DNA of 63,998 nt, counting the filler, from Porpidia crustulata (taxonomy: Eukaryota): NCBI GenBank assembly GCA_964255105.1. It is 6 parts of 6 records of this genome, joined end to end, with 100 filler letters (N's around TTAATTAATTAA, not from the genome) between each part and the next. Parts side by side here need not be neighbours in the genome. Positions count along the whole stretch, not along the records: positions 32,401 to 43,087 come from CAXUWE010000738.1; positions 43,188 to 53,861 come from CAXUWE010000739.1; 4 more parts are not named here. The stretch is one strand, 5' to 3'. The notes under the pieces are model-generated. The model made no database searches. It saw nothing but the letters and a program-made list of their open reading frames with translations, and had not been told where the DNA came from. The position numbers were made by a program, and so were the translations under genes. Below are positions 37,214-49,636 of this stretch, one piece after another; the stretch's first letter is position 1, and each line of letters opens with the position of its first letter.

Positions 37214-39949
37214 ATGTTACAGCTATGGCGCTTGCCAGCGCTTACTGTAGCTTACCTGTTACTACGAGTTGTCCTGAGCGAAGGTCAGGCGGTCCTCACT
37301 GATAATGCGCGACTTTCGAATGAGTCGCTTCTCTGGGGGCCCTACAGACCCAATCTTTACTTTGGGGTGAGACCAAGGATACCAAAGAGTCTGACGACGG
37401 GCCTGCTTTGGGCAAAGGTGGACAGTTTCGAGAGCGTGCAGAACAGTATGCCAAGGAGCTTTCCCGCCGATGCTCAATCATGTAAAAGCTGACATCAATC
37501 TGCTCTAAGATTTTCGCCATACATGTGAGCAGCATGAGGGTATGGCCGGTTATGGCTGGGACGAATACGACGTTCGCCTTGGCGGGCGCCAGATCATCCA
37601 TGATGCCGGTAATAGCATAGATATAACCACAGATTTTGTGAAGATCCCGGGAGGACAACATGGTGGAAGCTGGGGCGTTCGAATTAAAGGGACACCTCGA
37701 GAGGATGCGCCTCCGCGGTTGATGAGTACCGTCATATTTCATGCTGCAATGGAAGGTCTCGGGAGCTTGGGCGTTCAAAATGAAAGGGACGATTTGGGTG
37801 TTGAGGGAACGGTTGTTATGACAGGGTCAAGTAACGAGCTTGGAGATTTTACATTAGAGATTACGGAAGGACCTAGCACCAATCAACATCCGCCACCGAG
37901 CCATAAGAGCTATGGTGCGAAGCCGCTGGATAGGACTATTGTCCAGAGCTTGCAGATACCAGAGGATGGGTTATGGCAAGCGAAATGTAAGTTTTTGCCT
38001 GGATCACAGGTTTCATAACGCGGAAATATTGGCTAACCTACTGATCCTTTGAGTGAAGCGCTTATCTTCACTCATTTGAAAGAGGAAATAGATAAAATGG
38101 TTGCATTGTATGGGGCTGAGAATGCTCCACCGCCCTGGTCGACGTTCACGGTTGCCAACGAAATACAGGAAGGAAATATGCATATTGTGCAAAAAGTGTT
38201 TGAAGGTGCATTTGAGGTCAGTACTGCAACACTGCCCAATGTACCAAGGCTGTTGACTGAATGGCGTCGCAGTTCGATGTTATATACTCTTCTGCTTCTA
38301 CCGAAAGCCCGGTAACCTGTATGTTGATGCTTGACGATAAGAAATAGGTATTAGCTAATTTTAGAAGCTGAATCCATCACTAGAGCAATCAAAATGGCGA
38401 CGAAGGCTTTCTCAGAGCGCTTCACGAAGACGCTTGCGCCCAAGGCCCCATTTGATATGCCAAAGTATCAAGAATTTGCACATTCAATGTTTTCCAATTT
38501 GATAGGAGGTATTGGCTACTTCTATGGGGATGCAGTCGTTGATCGGTCGTATGCGCCAGAGTACGAAGAAGAGAATGAAGGGTTTTGGCAAGAGACGGCA
38601 GAGGCTCGGGCACGCCAAGGTTCAGTCAAGCTTGAAGGTCCCTCAGAGCTTTTCACAAGTATTCCATCGCGGCCTTTTTTCCCCAGAGGCTTTCTTTGGG
38701 ATGAAGGCTTTCATCTTATACCGATCGCTGACTGGGATATGGACCTTACGTAAGCCTGAATTCAGATCATCGCAAAGCATAGCTGACCACCTTTAGTCTT
38801 GACATCGTTAAAAGCTGGTTCAATCTCATGGATGATGATGGATGGATAGGTCGAGAGCAGATCCTTGGTCCTGAAGCTCGCAGCAAAGTACCTGGGGAGT
38901 TCCAAGTTCAATACCCGCACTACGCCAACCCGCCCACCCTTTTCCTTATCTTCGAGTCTCTGATAGATAAAATCAAAAGTAAAAACGTACTGTCAGAGAT
39001 NNNNNNNNNNATTACGGACCTTGATCAACTTCGCAGCACCCATCTCCGAAACCCTGAAATCGCCATCTCCTACCTCCGCGCCCTTTACCCCCTTCTCAAA
39101 CGTCACTATTTCTGGTTTCGCAAGACTCAGTGGGGCGACATCAAATCATACGACCGCGAAGCCTTTTCCTCGAAAGAAGCATACCGCTGGCGCGGACGAG
39201 ACACCCGCCACATCCTTACCTCCGGACTGGACGATTACCCCCGTGCGCAACCACCACACCCAGGCGAGATTCATGTCGATCTCATCAGCTGGATGGGTAT
39301 GATGACGCGTTCGCTAAAGCACATTGCTGAATTCATTGATGAAACTGAGGACGTCAAGGAATTCGAGGCATATGAAATGGCTATTGTGCGAAATATCGAT
39401 GATCTGCATTGGAACTCGAAAGAACAAACCTTCTGCGACGCCACAATCGACGATTACGAAGAAAGCGTGCACGTTTGCCACAAAGGCTACATTTCCATCT
39501 TCCCCTTCCTAACCGGTCTCCTACCCGCCGACAGCAAACGCCTCAAACCCATCCTCGATCTCATCGCCGATCCCGAACAGCTCTGGACACCGTACGGGAT
39601 CCGCAGCCTAAGTAAACAAGACGAACTCTACGCCACGGAGGAGAACTACTGGCGCAGTCCGGTCTGGATCAACATCAACTACCTCGCCGTCAAAGCATTG
39701 TACGATGTCGGGAAAGCCGAGGGGGGTCCGTGCAAAGCCCAGGCGGCGAAGCTCTACATCGATTTGAGGAGAAATCTCGTGGAGAACGTTTTCAGGGAGT
39801 GGCGGAGGACGGGGTTTGCGTGGGAGCAGTACAATCCCGAAACTGGGGAGGGGCAGCGGACGCAGCACTTTACGGGCTGGACGGCGTTGGTGGTTAAGAT
39901 CATGAATATGCCAGAACTGGCTGGAGGCGGGATCAGGGATGAGTTGTAA
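37214..39949 (+). CDS. CWH41: Mannosyl-oligosaccharide glucosidase (ER glucosidase I, GH63)
   Basis: [42 protein letters not shown]-terminal RDEL ER-retention signal; 10-N gap at 39001-39010. Confidence 0.96.
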
Positions 39950-40640
39950 GATTTTAATCATTTAGATGTTGTAGAATTATCTGTAGGTAATTAGAGCGGT
40001 GTACAATCACTTTTTCTCATTCGGAAAATCTTCGTTACCCTACTGTTCTTGCAACTTCTAGACGTGATACTAGAATCCTAACAATACATACACTGTCAAA
40101 GACCTTCCGAAACTCCCGCCTTCAAGCCATACTCATCCCAGAAGTAAGTGTATACACAACAACTCATCTATTCCAATCAAAGCCATACTCGCTCGTATCC
40201 GTGCATACAGACCACTCATGACTCCTGTGATGTCTCGCAAGCACCAGGGGGTGTTATAAGTCATTGAAGCATAAGCGGCTTCAGGGTTATCGACCGCATC
40301 AAGATTTTGCACTCAATCAAATCAACATCAAATCAACGTAGATACAATCATCCAGCCGAATTTTGAAGTCTACTTTTCAAAGTATCGTAGACGGATGTAG
40401 CATCATAACGTTTTCTGAATATATGCTTGTAGCTGTATCATGACAATTTTATTGAGGTTGAAGATGCCTCGGTACGTCCCTCAGCCGTTTGTGCGCTAAT
40501 GACTTATGGCACCCCCCGGTGATTGGAGACTCTCGAAAACCGATCCAGAACTCCGAGATATCTATCCTGACTCCTGAGCTGAATGATCATGTTGAAATAT
40601 TGATCCGACAGAAGCCATTGTAGACAAAGTGGTAGACTGA

Positions 40641-42595
40641 CTATGATGAACCATTCATCTGGCGAGACTGCTGATCAGCGAACTCCCGGAGGTAGTTGGC
40701 GAGTCTCTGGACATTGTCGACGGTGACAGCGTTATAATTACTAAACCGTACCTGGGCGAAGTGTTGGCGAATCAGGTGGCAGCAATTAGGCAATTGGTCA
40801 ACATGAAGCATTTATTATGGTGATCATACATGTGGTTTATATTGATGCAGATGGTATGTACGAAAGGGGGTCTGGAGAGGTAAAACTCTGCAGTCCCACT
40901 AGCGCTAAATAAGCGAATGTGATAGGGCTAGCTGGGTAAGGCTAGCCTGGTAGGGCCGGAAATTACCAACCCAAGGAAATCAGCACCATGGGGTGCTGGT
41001 ATGCCAACACGAAGTTGGCCGTCAGTGACCAGAAAGGGGAAAAGAAGTTTTACTTACTCCCCCCACCGAACGGTGCCCCTTCAAACCCTCTAATAATCTC
41101 CTCTCGGCACCTTGCAAAAACTCTTTCTCGCTATCTGCGTCTCCGTTGCGGACACGAAAGCAGACGTTCATTCGACTTCGTACATTATTTTGTGGTACCA
41201 CCTGGTAAATTTCCGGATGGGCGTTCAAGATATCGTATATTAGCTTGGCTTTGGAATTAGAGAGCTTCTCCTGTCCAACAAGCTTTTGATCGCCATGCTC
41301 TTGTAGCAGGCCGCGAACAACTTTACCAGCTATCCAAATATCGAAGATAGGCATAGTATTGTAGAGAGATGAAGATTTAGAGACATTCCGGTAATCGAAA
41401 ACGGCAGGAGGTGACGAGACACCCACAGAATGAAGGAATGCTGTGTTTATTGGATCAAGGACGTCCTTACGGACGATCAAAAGCGTGACGCCTGTAATGC
41501 CAACATCTGTAGGGATTTCGGAGTCATTGATTCTACTTCCTTGGTTGCCTCATGAAAAAGGATATATCCCGCATGAGTATTCCCTAGCAGGCAATAAATC
41601 GCTCCAAATCTACTTACTCTTTTGCGCACCACCCTAGCACAGTGAGCACATTAGTGTCACGGAACAGGGGGTATGTCTGAACTTACAAAGATCACAGCAT
41701 ATTTACTAACGTCAACAGGCCTACTAAGGAAGTTAGAGCTCATGTCAGCTACTACGCAAGCATTGCCTTGAAGGCGCTGCGGCATGGCAGAAAATTCTAC
41801 TCCATCGACTGTCTCATTGTCACAATAGTACACGAGAGCCGCTCCGTACGGCGTCAGGCTCCAAGCTTCTTCCTTGGGGATGTCGCCAAATTCCCCGTTC
41901 TTTCGTGCATCTACAGCAACATTGACAGGCTTTCCCCCGAGTGGTGCGAGCAGATTGGCAGCTTCTTGTGATGCTAGTCGGAGTGAGCATTGCGTCTCTC
42001 GGTAAATTCCTCAAAAGGGGAAAGATCGCTCGTTATACCCTTTAGCGACCACGATCCAGTAACGAGATAGTCCAGTCTCAAATCGTCCCGAACTTCTCTC
42101 CTGACTCGCTCCAGAACCTTATCAGTATCTCCATCTAGATCGGCCATGGCTTGCCGCCTTCGTTTCTCTACCCAGAAAGCTACCATGTTGAAGACAACAG
42201 CACCTTGATGGTATTCAGATTAGGGTTGCTTCATGTGATCGCCAACTCGACCTCGGATAAAGGCTCGCTCACTGAATTGCCCGCTGCCACCCCCGTGCAT
42301 GAAAAGGACCTCATAGTCATTGGGGATATCCAATAACTCAGTTAATGCATTCCTCGTATCTGATAGAATGCTCTCCGCAGTCTTCGAACGATGCGAGATC
42401 TCGGCAAGTGACAACCCACTGTTCTCGAAATTCAGGAAGGCTTGTGCGCCTTTCTCGAGGATCGAGGTGGGTAAAGGGGCAGGGCCTGTTATGGACTTGG
42501 AATTAGCGTTCCTTGTTTGGAAGCTACTCACGGGATCTTCCACTGCAGGTGCACTCACCGGCTCCAAAGTATGCCACTTCCTCTCTGGAAGGCAT
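40641..42595 (-). CDS. SER1: Phosphoserine aminotransferase
   Basis: YFGAGPAPLP, EISHRS, NETVDGVEF, ADMSSNFLSR, GAQKN (PLP lysine), SLYNT, KGHRSVGG-VRFSNYNA; many introns, last one 40752-41057. Confidence 0.95.
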
Positions 42596-42755
42596 GATGG
42601 AATTTATCCAAGCAAGAGAAAGTATTTGAATAGACAGGGCAACCTCGGCTAAGCTTTACAAACCAAAATTTGGCACTGATGTTAGAGCAGTAGTAACACA
42701 GATTTCGGGTGACGACTGCTGCATGAGTTCTTGTGGCTCGTCTGCAAAGTGTCCA

Positions 42756-42762
42756 TGAGTCA
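42756..42762. promoter_or_regulatory. Gcn4/CpcA (cross-pathway control) site TGAGTCA
   Basis: ATGAGTCAC ~160 nt upstream of the SER1 ATG; amino-acid biosynthetic genes are canonical targets. Confidence 0.6.
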
Positions 42763-42859
42763 CTTGGAATTAACGGCGAGCGGCCGGATGAGCCGGGGTG
42801 AGCGCACGTGTACGACAGTCCATATCGAGCAAAAGGAAATAACGAAAATTCGACAGTAA

Positions 42860-43087
42860 ATGCTACATTAAATGCTCACTCAGTGCTTCATTTAATGTCC
42901 ACTCAGTGCTTCATTTAGTGCTTCATTAAACGCTTCTGTTGTTTAACGCATGAGGCACTAAATGAAGCACCGGATGGGCATTAAATAGAGCATCAAATGG
43001 AGCTTTGGATGAGACACTGGATGAAGCACTGGATGGAGCACTGAATGGAGCACTGAATGGAGCACTGAATGGAGCACTGAATGGAGC
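42860..43087. repeat. 12-nt minisatellite (ATGGAGCACTGA) with an inverted copy forming an imperfect palindrome; runs into contig end
   Basis: Perfect tandem units at 43033-43087; degenerate units from 42950; reverse-complement units (CAGTGCTTCAT) at 42860-42931. Confidence 0.85.
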
Positions 43088-43187
43088 NNNNNNNNNNNNN
43101 NNNNNNNNNNNNNNNNNNNNNNNNNNNNNNNTTAATTAATTAANNNNNNNNNNNNNNNNNNNNNNNNNNNNNNNNNNNNNNNNNNNN
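43088..43187. other. Artificial contig linker
   Basis: N44-TTAATTAATTAA-N44. Confidence 0.99.
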
Positions 43188-44055
43188 GCGTTGACGGGGT
43201 GGAGGCTGGTGTGATGTAGTGTTGTTTTGTTTGGGGGTAGGAGTTTGTAGGGGCGGGTTTCGTGCCGGGGGAGATACGATGGCACGGTCGTCTTTGCGGT
43301 TGGTAGAATTGATGGAAAGGGGTGTGGTCTGATTCGTCCGATCTATCCTGCTTCACCCGTTCCCCAGGCCATTGGTGATTCTCCTGCAATCTTTGGTCTC
43401 CAAGTATTCTTTGATTGGACTGAGACTCAGCGGTATGAATCCCATCCATCCTGCGATTTGGGTGAAACGTGATTTCCACCTTCAAAAGAAGCATCAACGG
43501 CGAAGGCTCGGATGCCTGGTCTTAGATAGCCCTTGCTAAGAATGTAGGGAGCCATGCCACCCTAGCTTTCCATAGAATAGTAGGCTACCATATCTGCAAG
43601 CCTGGGATCACACTCGTTGCTCGACGCTTCCCCGCTGGTGCCGACCTACAGTCCTATATGAATAGATTTGAAGCCACGCTATATGTCTTTGGCGACGCTG
43701 GCGGCGGAAGCAGAGTCGTAATTAGTCGTGGGAATGCATGGGAGGATGTTTTCATGGCTTGCAATGCGACCAAGGTTGTAGATATTGTTGTTACAAGTAT
43801 TGATAGGTGGTCAAAAGTGATCCTTGTTCAGCCGCGCGGGCAATCATCCGTTCTATCAACACTGTATAGGTCCATGCGACGTTGAAGTCCTGGCAACGCA
43901 TGCCTCCTGAGAATTCTCAGTATACCTGGTTGAGAGGCAGTGCTGGCGAGTGATTGTGGGAAGATTTGACCATACCATTTCTCAAGCTTTTACTCCCCTG
44001 TCGATTTCTGGTCAATGGGACCGCAGTGTAAATATCTCGCTGCATTCCGTAGCCA

Positions 44056-45822
44056 TTACCGCTCTCTTTCAAGCACATCCAAAAAGCCGCCCACTAGATG
44101 CAAACTCCCAGTCACCAAGACCTTGGCCTCATGTTTGTCGTGTGTTGTGAACCCATTTTCTTGCCTTGCAATCGCCCTGACTCTTTCGACCGCTTCTTCG
44201 ATAGTCCCTACAACTTTCACCTCTGCCTTGGCATCAATAGTCTGCCACGTCCCCGCTAAGCGCTTCTGCACGTCCAGCTGCTTCACTTCTAGTGCATCCG
44301 TGTTCACGCTGACTAAATCTGGAGAGTAACCAGCATCCAAAAAGGTGACGTTTGTGCAAAAGATCGCATGGGTGAACGGACTATTGGTGTGCAGTGCAGC
44401 AGCTAGGGTGCGATGGAGAGCATGTGCGAGGGCATTTGCATCACGGGTTTGTTGGTTGAAGATCAGGATGCGGGACTCGTTCGGGCCAGCGCGGGGGGTT
44501 TGTGATGCGTACCATTTGGCGGCGGCTTCAATGCTTTCGAGTGTGTGGCCGCCATCGATGTGCCATGTGATGTTGGCCTCTTTACGAGTCTCGCAACGGC
44601 CCGGCCAGCGTACATTTTCAAGGCCGCGGACAAACTCGGGTGGGAGAGGAGTTTGATTCATTGTAGTATGCACACTCTGCACATGAAGGTCTTTCTCTTG
44701 GAGGTTGTTCTTGAGATCTTTATGTTGCTCTGGACTGAAGATGTTTGTATGCATATGATTTTCATATTGAGAAGCTACCTCTTCGAATCCTAAATCACGA
44801 GTTCTGGTCATAGAATGACCAATAGCTTCCAAGTGAGCAAACGCTACAGCAACGGCGAGGCTCGCATTGACCATTTGAAAATCGGCCGCGAGACCGAGCT
44901 TAACGGCGGATAGAAGTGGATTGTTTGCAACAACACTCAGAGCCACGGATTTCTCGGCCGCGCGGTCTTCAAGGACTTGCAAGGCGCTTGCAGGTTGGGG
45001 AGAAGTGAATGCAAGGGCACCGGTTTTCATTATTCCCGCCTTGTGCCAGGCAATCTCCTCAATTGTGTTTCCAAGCATAGCGACGTGGTCGATGCCTAAA
45101 CTTGTGATACCAGTGACAGTAGGAGCCGTAATGATATTAGTGCTGTCGTGTTCACCACCGATTCCACATTCAATCACAGCCGTATCCACCCCTTCGCTCA
45201 TGTATGTATGGAATGCCATCAGTGTAAGGAAGCGGAAGTACACTGGTTTTGCGGCGGCATCCACTGGCAGGCCTTTGGACTTTGCAGCATCCTCTAACCG
45301 GTCCCATACCTCGAAGAAGTACTTCGCAAAGGACTCCTCAGACAGGGGCTCGTTGTTGATTTGGATACGTTCGCGAACGAAGCGGAGATGCGGAGAGGTG
45401 TACAAGCCGATCTTATGCAGTGGGGCCCTGGGCTGGGTAGTAGAGGACAGATATTGTGCTAATATTGAGGAAGCAAAAGCACTTGTGGAGCCCTTGCCTT
45501 TTGTCCCTGCAACGTGAATGACTCTCAACCGGTTAAAGTCGGAAGGCTATAGATCTTCAGTCCAGGTATCATATAAAGGACTGGCAAGTGCACGCACTTC
45601 ATAACCTATTTTACGGCACCAGTCAATCATCTCAGGTATTGCCTGCTTGTTCATGCCCTTGCCAGTCTTCCTGATAGCATTGACGACAGCGAAGTTCGAC
45701 TGCAGCGTGTTGAGAGCCGCGACGGCATCTGCATAGGAGCGAGTCATGTTGGCGGTGTGGGTTTCGCGTCGATGGGTGGAGGACTGTCGGAGAATCTTGC
45801 TCAATCTCCATGATGTCTGCAT
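44056..45822 (-). CDS. MET7: Folylpolyglutamate synthase (two in-frame ATGs, 45822 and 45747)
   Basis: YADAVAALNTLQSN, IHVAGTKGKGST, YTSPHL, ECGIGGEHDSTN, WPGRCE, IDGGHT, VTGSLHLVGG; intron 45547-45597. Confidence 0.95.
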
Positions 45823-47387
45823 GGACGATTGCTGATTTGTTATCAAGTGTAGAAACGGCGGGGGATGATGAGGTTGCCAAGCCAAGCATCCGCCTCACTA
45901 CCGCGAATTTCCGGAAAGAAATTTGTTGGAAAAGTCTCGCAGGTAATTGGCGTCATTGAGCTATACAGGTTGAGCCGTGCCTTGTCTACCGGAGATTGGA
46001 GCTCACGATCATCTGTCTTTGATCAAGTCCAGGATGATTTGTAGAACTCGTGAGAGCGAAGTCTATCTAGCTACCGTGATTCAACTCAACAGACTAATAA
46101 TCCTTTTATTGCTATGTATAATCATCCGCACATACGCCTTCTTACTTGTATCCAATACATCGAATCTGACTTCGGTCAAAGGATGAACAGAAATGAGACC
46201 GTTGCTCGCGTGAGCCAATCACAGTACACCTGGCAGGAGAAAATGGCATATGCTACTTTTGTTGCAGGCTCAGCCAGTCCGAAGATGTCTGCGTTGGATC
46301 TCGTTCCACGACAGACGGGATGAAACCGAGTCTCCGTTCGATTTGCCATCGAGGCACTGTCGAGGCACAATCAACGTATCGTCCTCTTCGCATTAGTCCC
46401 AGGACATTACGTGGCTTTAATAATGTGATGTTCCATAACAATGCTATGGATAATTGGATCACTGCTTTGCCGACTCTCAATATACGTTACGTTTGTTTTC
46501 ACCTATATCTATTCTTTACGGCGACATTAAATCAATCGGTTGCTTTGTAAAACTGGCCGATTAAGTTGAGCCTCTCTAGGATGAACGTCACCTCAATTCC
46601 TATTTGAAACTTCGCATCCTCTCATGCATTTAGATATGAATGGATACAAGATATCATTAAAATTGAGAAGGCAGGTCTACTCTACCACTTTATCAACTCT
46701 TTCAACTTCTGCGGCAGCGGCATCTGCGACTCTGGGACCGGGAGCTCTGGCTCGACGTGCCGAGTGCTTGAACAGATCGCCGCCCGAAGAGAAAGACGCG
46801 CGTTCAGATTGAGTCAGAGTTATGTATAGTCTACTTCCAATACTTCCAAGGCCGCGTCAGCACTCTTGGATTTCTCTTAGCAAAGGGGTTATGTCCAAAG
46901 TCGATGCAGGATCATGACAGCAAGGGTCTACCTTCTCCATGCCTCGACTACGGTCGTTTCGTGAGAATCACTTCTCCGATTGCCAACCAATTCTACCATA
47001 GAGGAAAAGTCCTTTCTTGATGAAGAAACATGCCTTCTCCTCAACCCAGAAGATGCTAAGCTTTCCCGCTCACTCCTAAAACGAGGATGTACCACAGCAG
47101 GAATGCGCCTTGTTCTGGCAGATACATCACAGATAGTAAGGTTGAGCCTAACTCCTTCGCTCGATTGAATCCTTTCATCTCTGAGGTTAATGCCGGGCTA
47201 CCGGATTGTCTCCATGATCTCCGTCTCTGCTTCTTGTGGAGCGTCTACTAGTGTTAGCAATATGGTGACACTGCCGCATACATAAGCAGCTGTTGTTGCC
47301 ATTGTTGAGGTTGATATCTCTTCCTGTAGTAAAACACAAAATTTTGCAATGTTACAATAATCGAATGATTCTTTCTAGCCAAACAGA

Positions 47388-49636
47388 ATGTTGAGCCATA
47401 CTTATTCGCGGCTGGGTTTTCTGTTTTTAGGTGAGCTTTGTATGTTTGCGCACACCACTGGTAAGTATACCGATGTCTAGCGCTTCTTCCACTTCATGCC
47501 CGAGACATTTTGACTAATTCTACAGCTGTTCGCAATTGGAACTCGACAAGTCGTCGACAACATTCACGAAATGATAACGGAACGCAATTGACAATAGTTA
47601 TTCAAACTTCGCTAGGGGCATTCGTGGCCTTTAGCAAACCACACGTTGAGGAACCGAACGCCGCTGCCAACCGCAGCTGCGTTCCCATAGCTTCTTACGA
47701 TGACTATACTAGTGCAGCAAGTTCGTGGATATCGAATTTGGATGCTCAGGGCCTCCTTTCTAAAAGCATTGTGACAACAACAGCTGTCTCGACTAGCTTC
47801 GGCTATCTAGGCTGCATGCTCGGTATTCCAGCTACCCATACGGTGGTCTCAACCGTGACATCGACGCCAAAATATACCCGATCCAGGCCTCCTTGCGCGA
47901 CGGATACTGATGGCTGTGAACGATGCCTCATAATTGCAGAAACCGTCCAACTCTTCTATTGGCCTGTGAGTACTGCTGCCGACAATCCCAAAGCCAAATT
48001 CCTAGTTACGGCCCGTGAAAATATTACCGCCGTATACAACGGCATCACTTTCACTTCGCCGAGTGTGTATTTATCCTACCAAAATGTATGGACATCCAAG
48101 AAGTTCTGTCAAAACACTGGGAGAAACCACTCTGATGCTCTAATAAAACTCGACCCAAGTTCCCTTTCCAGCCTTAATGGTTATGAGAACTGTGTATTTA
48201 CAGACTTCTCGGTGGTAGTTTATGGCGTCCGTGCTTCCGGAGAACGAGTAAATTATGCCAATCTGAACAAGCCTGTCTCTACCAGCGCTTCTATAGCCGA
48301 ACGGCCTTCTAATATGTCTGGCATAGCAAATCATTGCCCAAAAACAGATCAGAATCCTATCTTGGCTGTCCCTGAACAGATTAGAAGCTTGGATCCGAAC
48401 TGGAAAAATTGTGATATTTGGATTTGGGGATCTCATGATCCACCACACGCTCTCATCCCCGTAGATGCACTTTCTGGCCCGATCTCGACCGTACACCCCG
48501 TGGTATCGTCTCCTGCAGCAGCGTCATTTCTAGCTTCACCACCAGCTGCAACCGGGTCGACGTCTACGGATACAACAAGTGCTTTCGAAACACCAGTAAC
48601 AGATCCACCAAGCCGCATATCAGAATCAAATGATCCATCCGTCATTGATCCCGCTTCTGCCCAGCCGGCACCAAAATTTATTCCCACCTTTGATCCCGAC
48701 GTATTGACTAGAAATGTCAAAAGCGGTCTAAGTACGAGCTCGGGTACTTTATCTTATATTGATCCAGCTATGACGAGCTTGAACCAAGTAATCTCAATGA
48801 ATGCTGAGGGCATTATTGTAGACGTTACAACCGTCGCCAACACGATGCTTACAGTATCCGAGTCGACGACTCGAATAGTGGCTCCGATAATCTTCGAGTC
48901 AATGACCTTTTCCGCAAGTCCATCTGGATACGTGATATACGGCCAAACATTACATCCTGGAAGTGGGATTACGATTTCAGGAACGTCGATCCGGCTTGCC
49001 TCATCAGCCACGGCTCTAATCGTTGGTACACACACAACAGCTTTGGCGACCGCCGAGGTTCTCCCTACTCTCATAATCGGGTCTCAAACGTTCACAGCCG
49101 ATCTTCTGAGTCATTACAATATCAACGGTCAGCTACTTGCCCCGGGCGGTGCAATCACTGTGTCTGAAACACCCATCCCTCATACTTCGTCGCCGACCAT
49201 TGTAATGAATGTCCACACGATACTTCAAAGCTCAGCCACCGCTCTTTCAGCTCTCACGGCCGCCTTCCAACCCCTATTCCCACAATCTACTGACGCAAAT
49301 TCAATGGGCGGTCAAACATTGACCACCGGCGGTGTAACCACCGTGTCAGGGACACCGATTTCTCTCCCATCATTGCCAACAGCTCTTTTCGTCGGGAACA
49401 GCACAGAGACCTTTGACCCTAGCTTGCGAGCACCAGTACTTGGTGCACTCATCATGTCTGCTTTCGGTAACGAAGGGTCTATCGCAACGACTTCTAATAA
49501 CACCATGGTGGGAAACGCAACTTATAGTGGCGTTCGTTTCGCGGGAGGGAGTGAGAGGAGATGTAGCGTCAGCTGGTCAGCTCTTGGTTGGATAAGTCTT
49601 GGTTCTGCTACTTGTATTGTTAACATGGCTATTTAA
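47388..49636 (+). CDS. Secreted, probably GPI-anchored Ser/Thr-rich cell-wall protein with a Cys-containing N-terminal domain
   Basis: Signal exon from ATG 47388, intron ending 47525; VQLFYWPV...FTSPSVYLSY...SLDPNWKNC...DPPHAL domain; three GQ(T/L)LxxG(G/S)xxTxSxT repeats; hydrophobic C-terminus. Confidence 0.8.

Noticed and set aside
39001..39010. Frameshift or pseudogenisation of glucosidase I
   Set aside because: It is a 10-N scaffold gap; the frame and catalytic motifs continue on both sides.
40752..41057. TPP riboswitch, hammerhead or HDV ribozyme in the SER1 intron
   Set aside because: The required cores (CUGAGA with the UGAU/GCG elements; CUGANGA/GAAA; HDV L3 and P1.1) are absent or incomplete.
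42950..43087. CRISPR array
   Set aside because: Contiguous 12-nt tandem units without spacers, in a eukaryotic context.
32793..45822. One-carbon metabolism cluster (FDH1, SER1, FPGS)
   Set aside because: FPGS is on a different contig across an artificial linker; FDH1 and SER1 are separated by an unrelated glucosidase gene.
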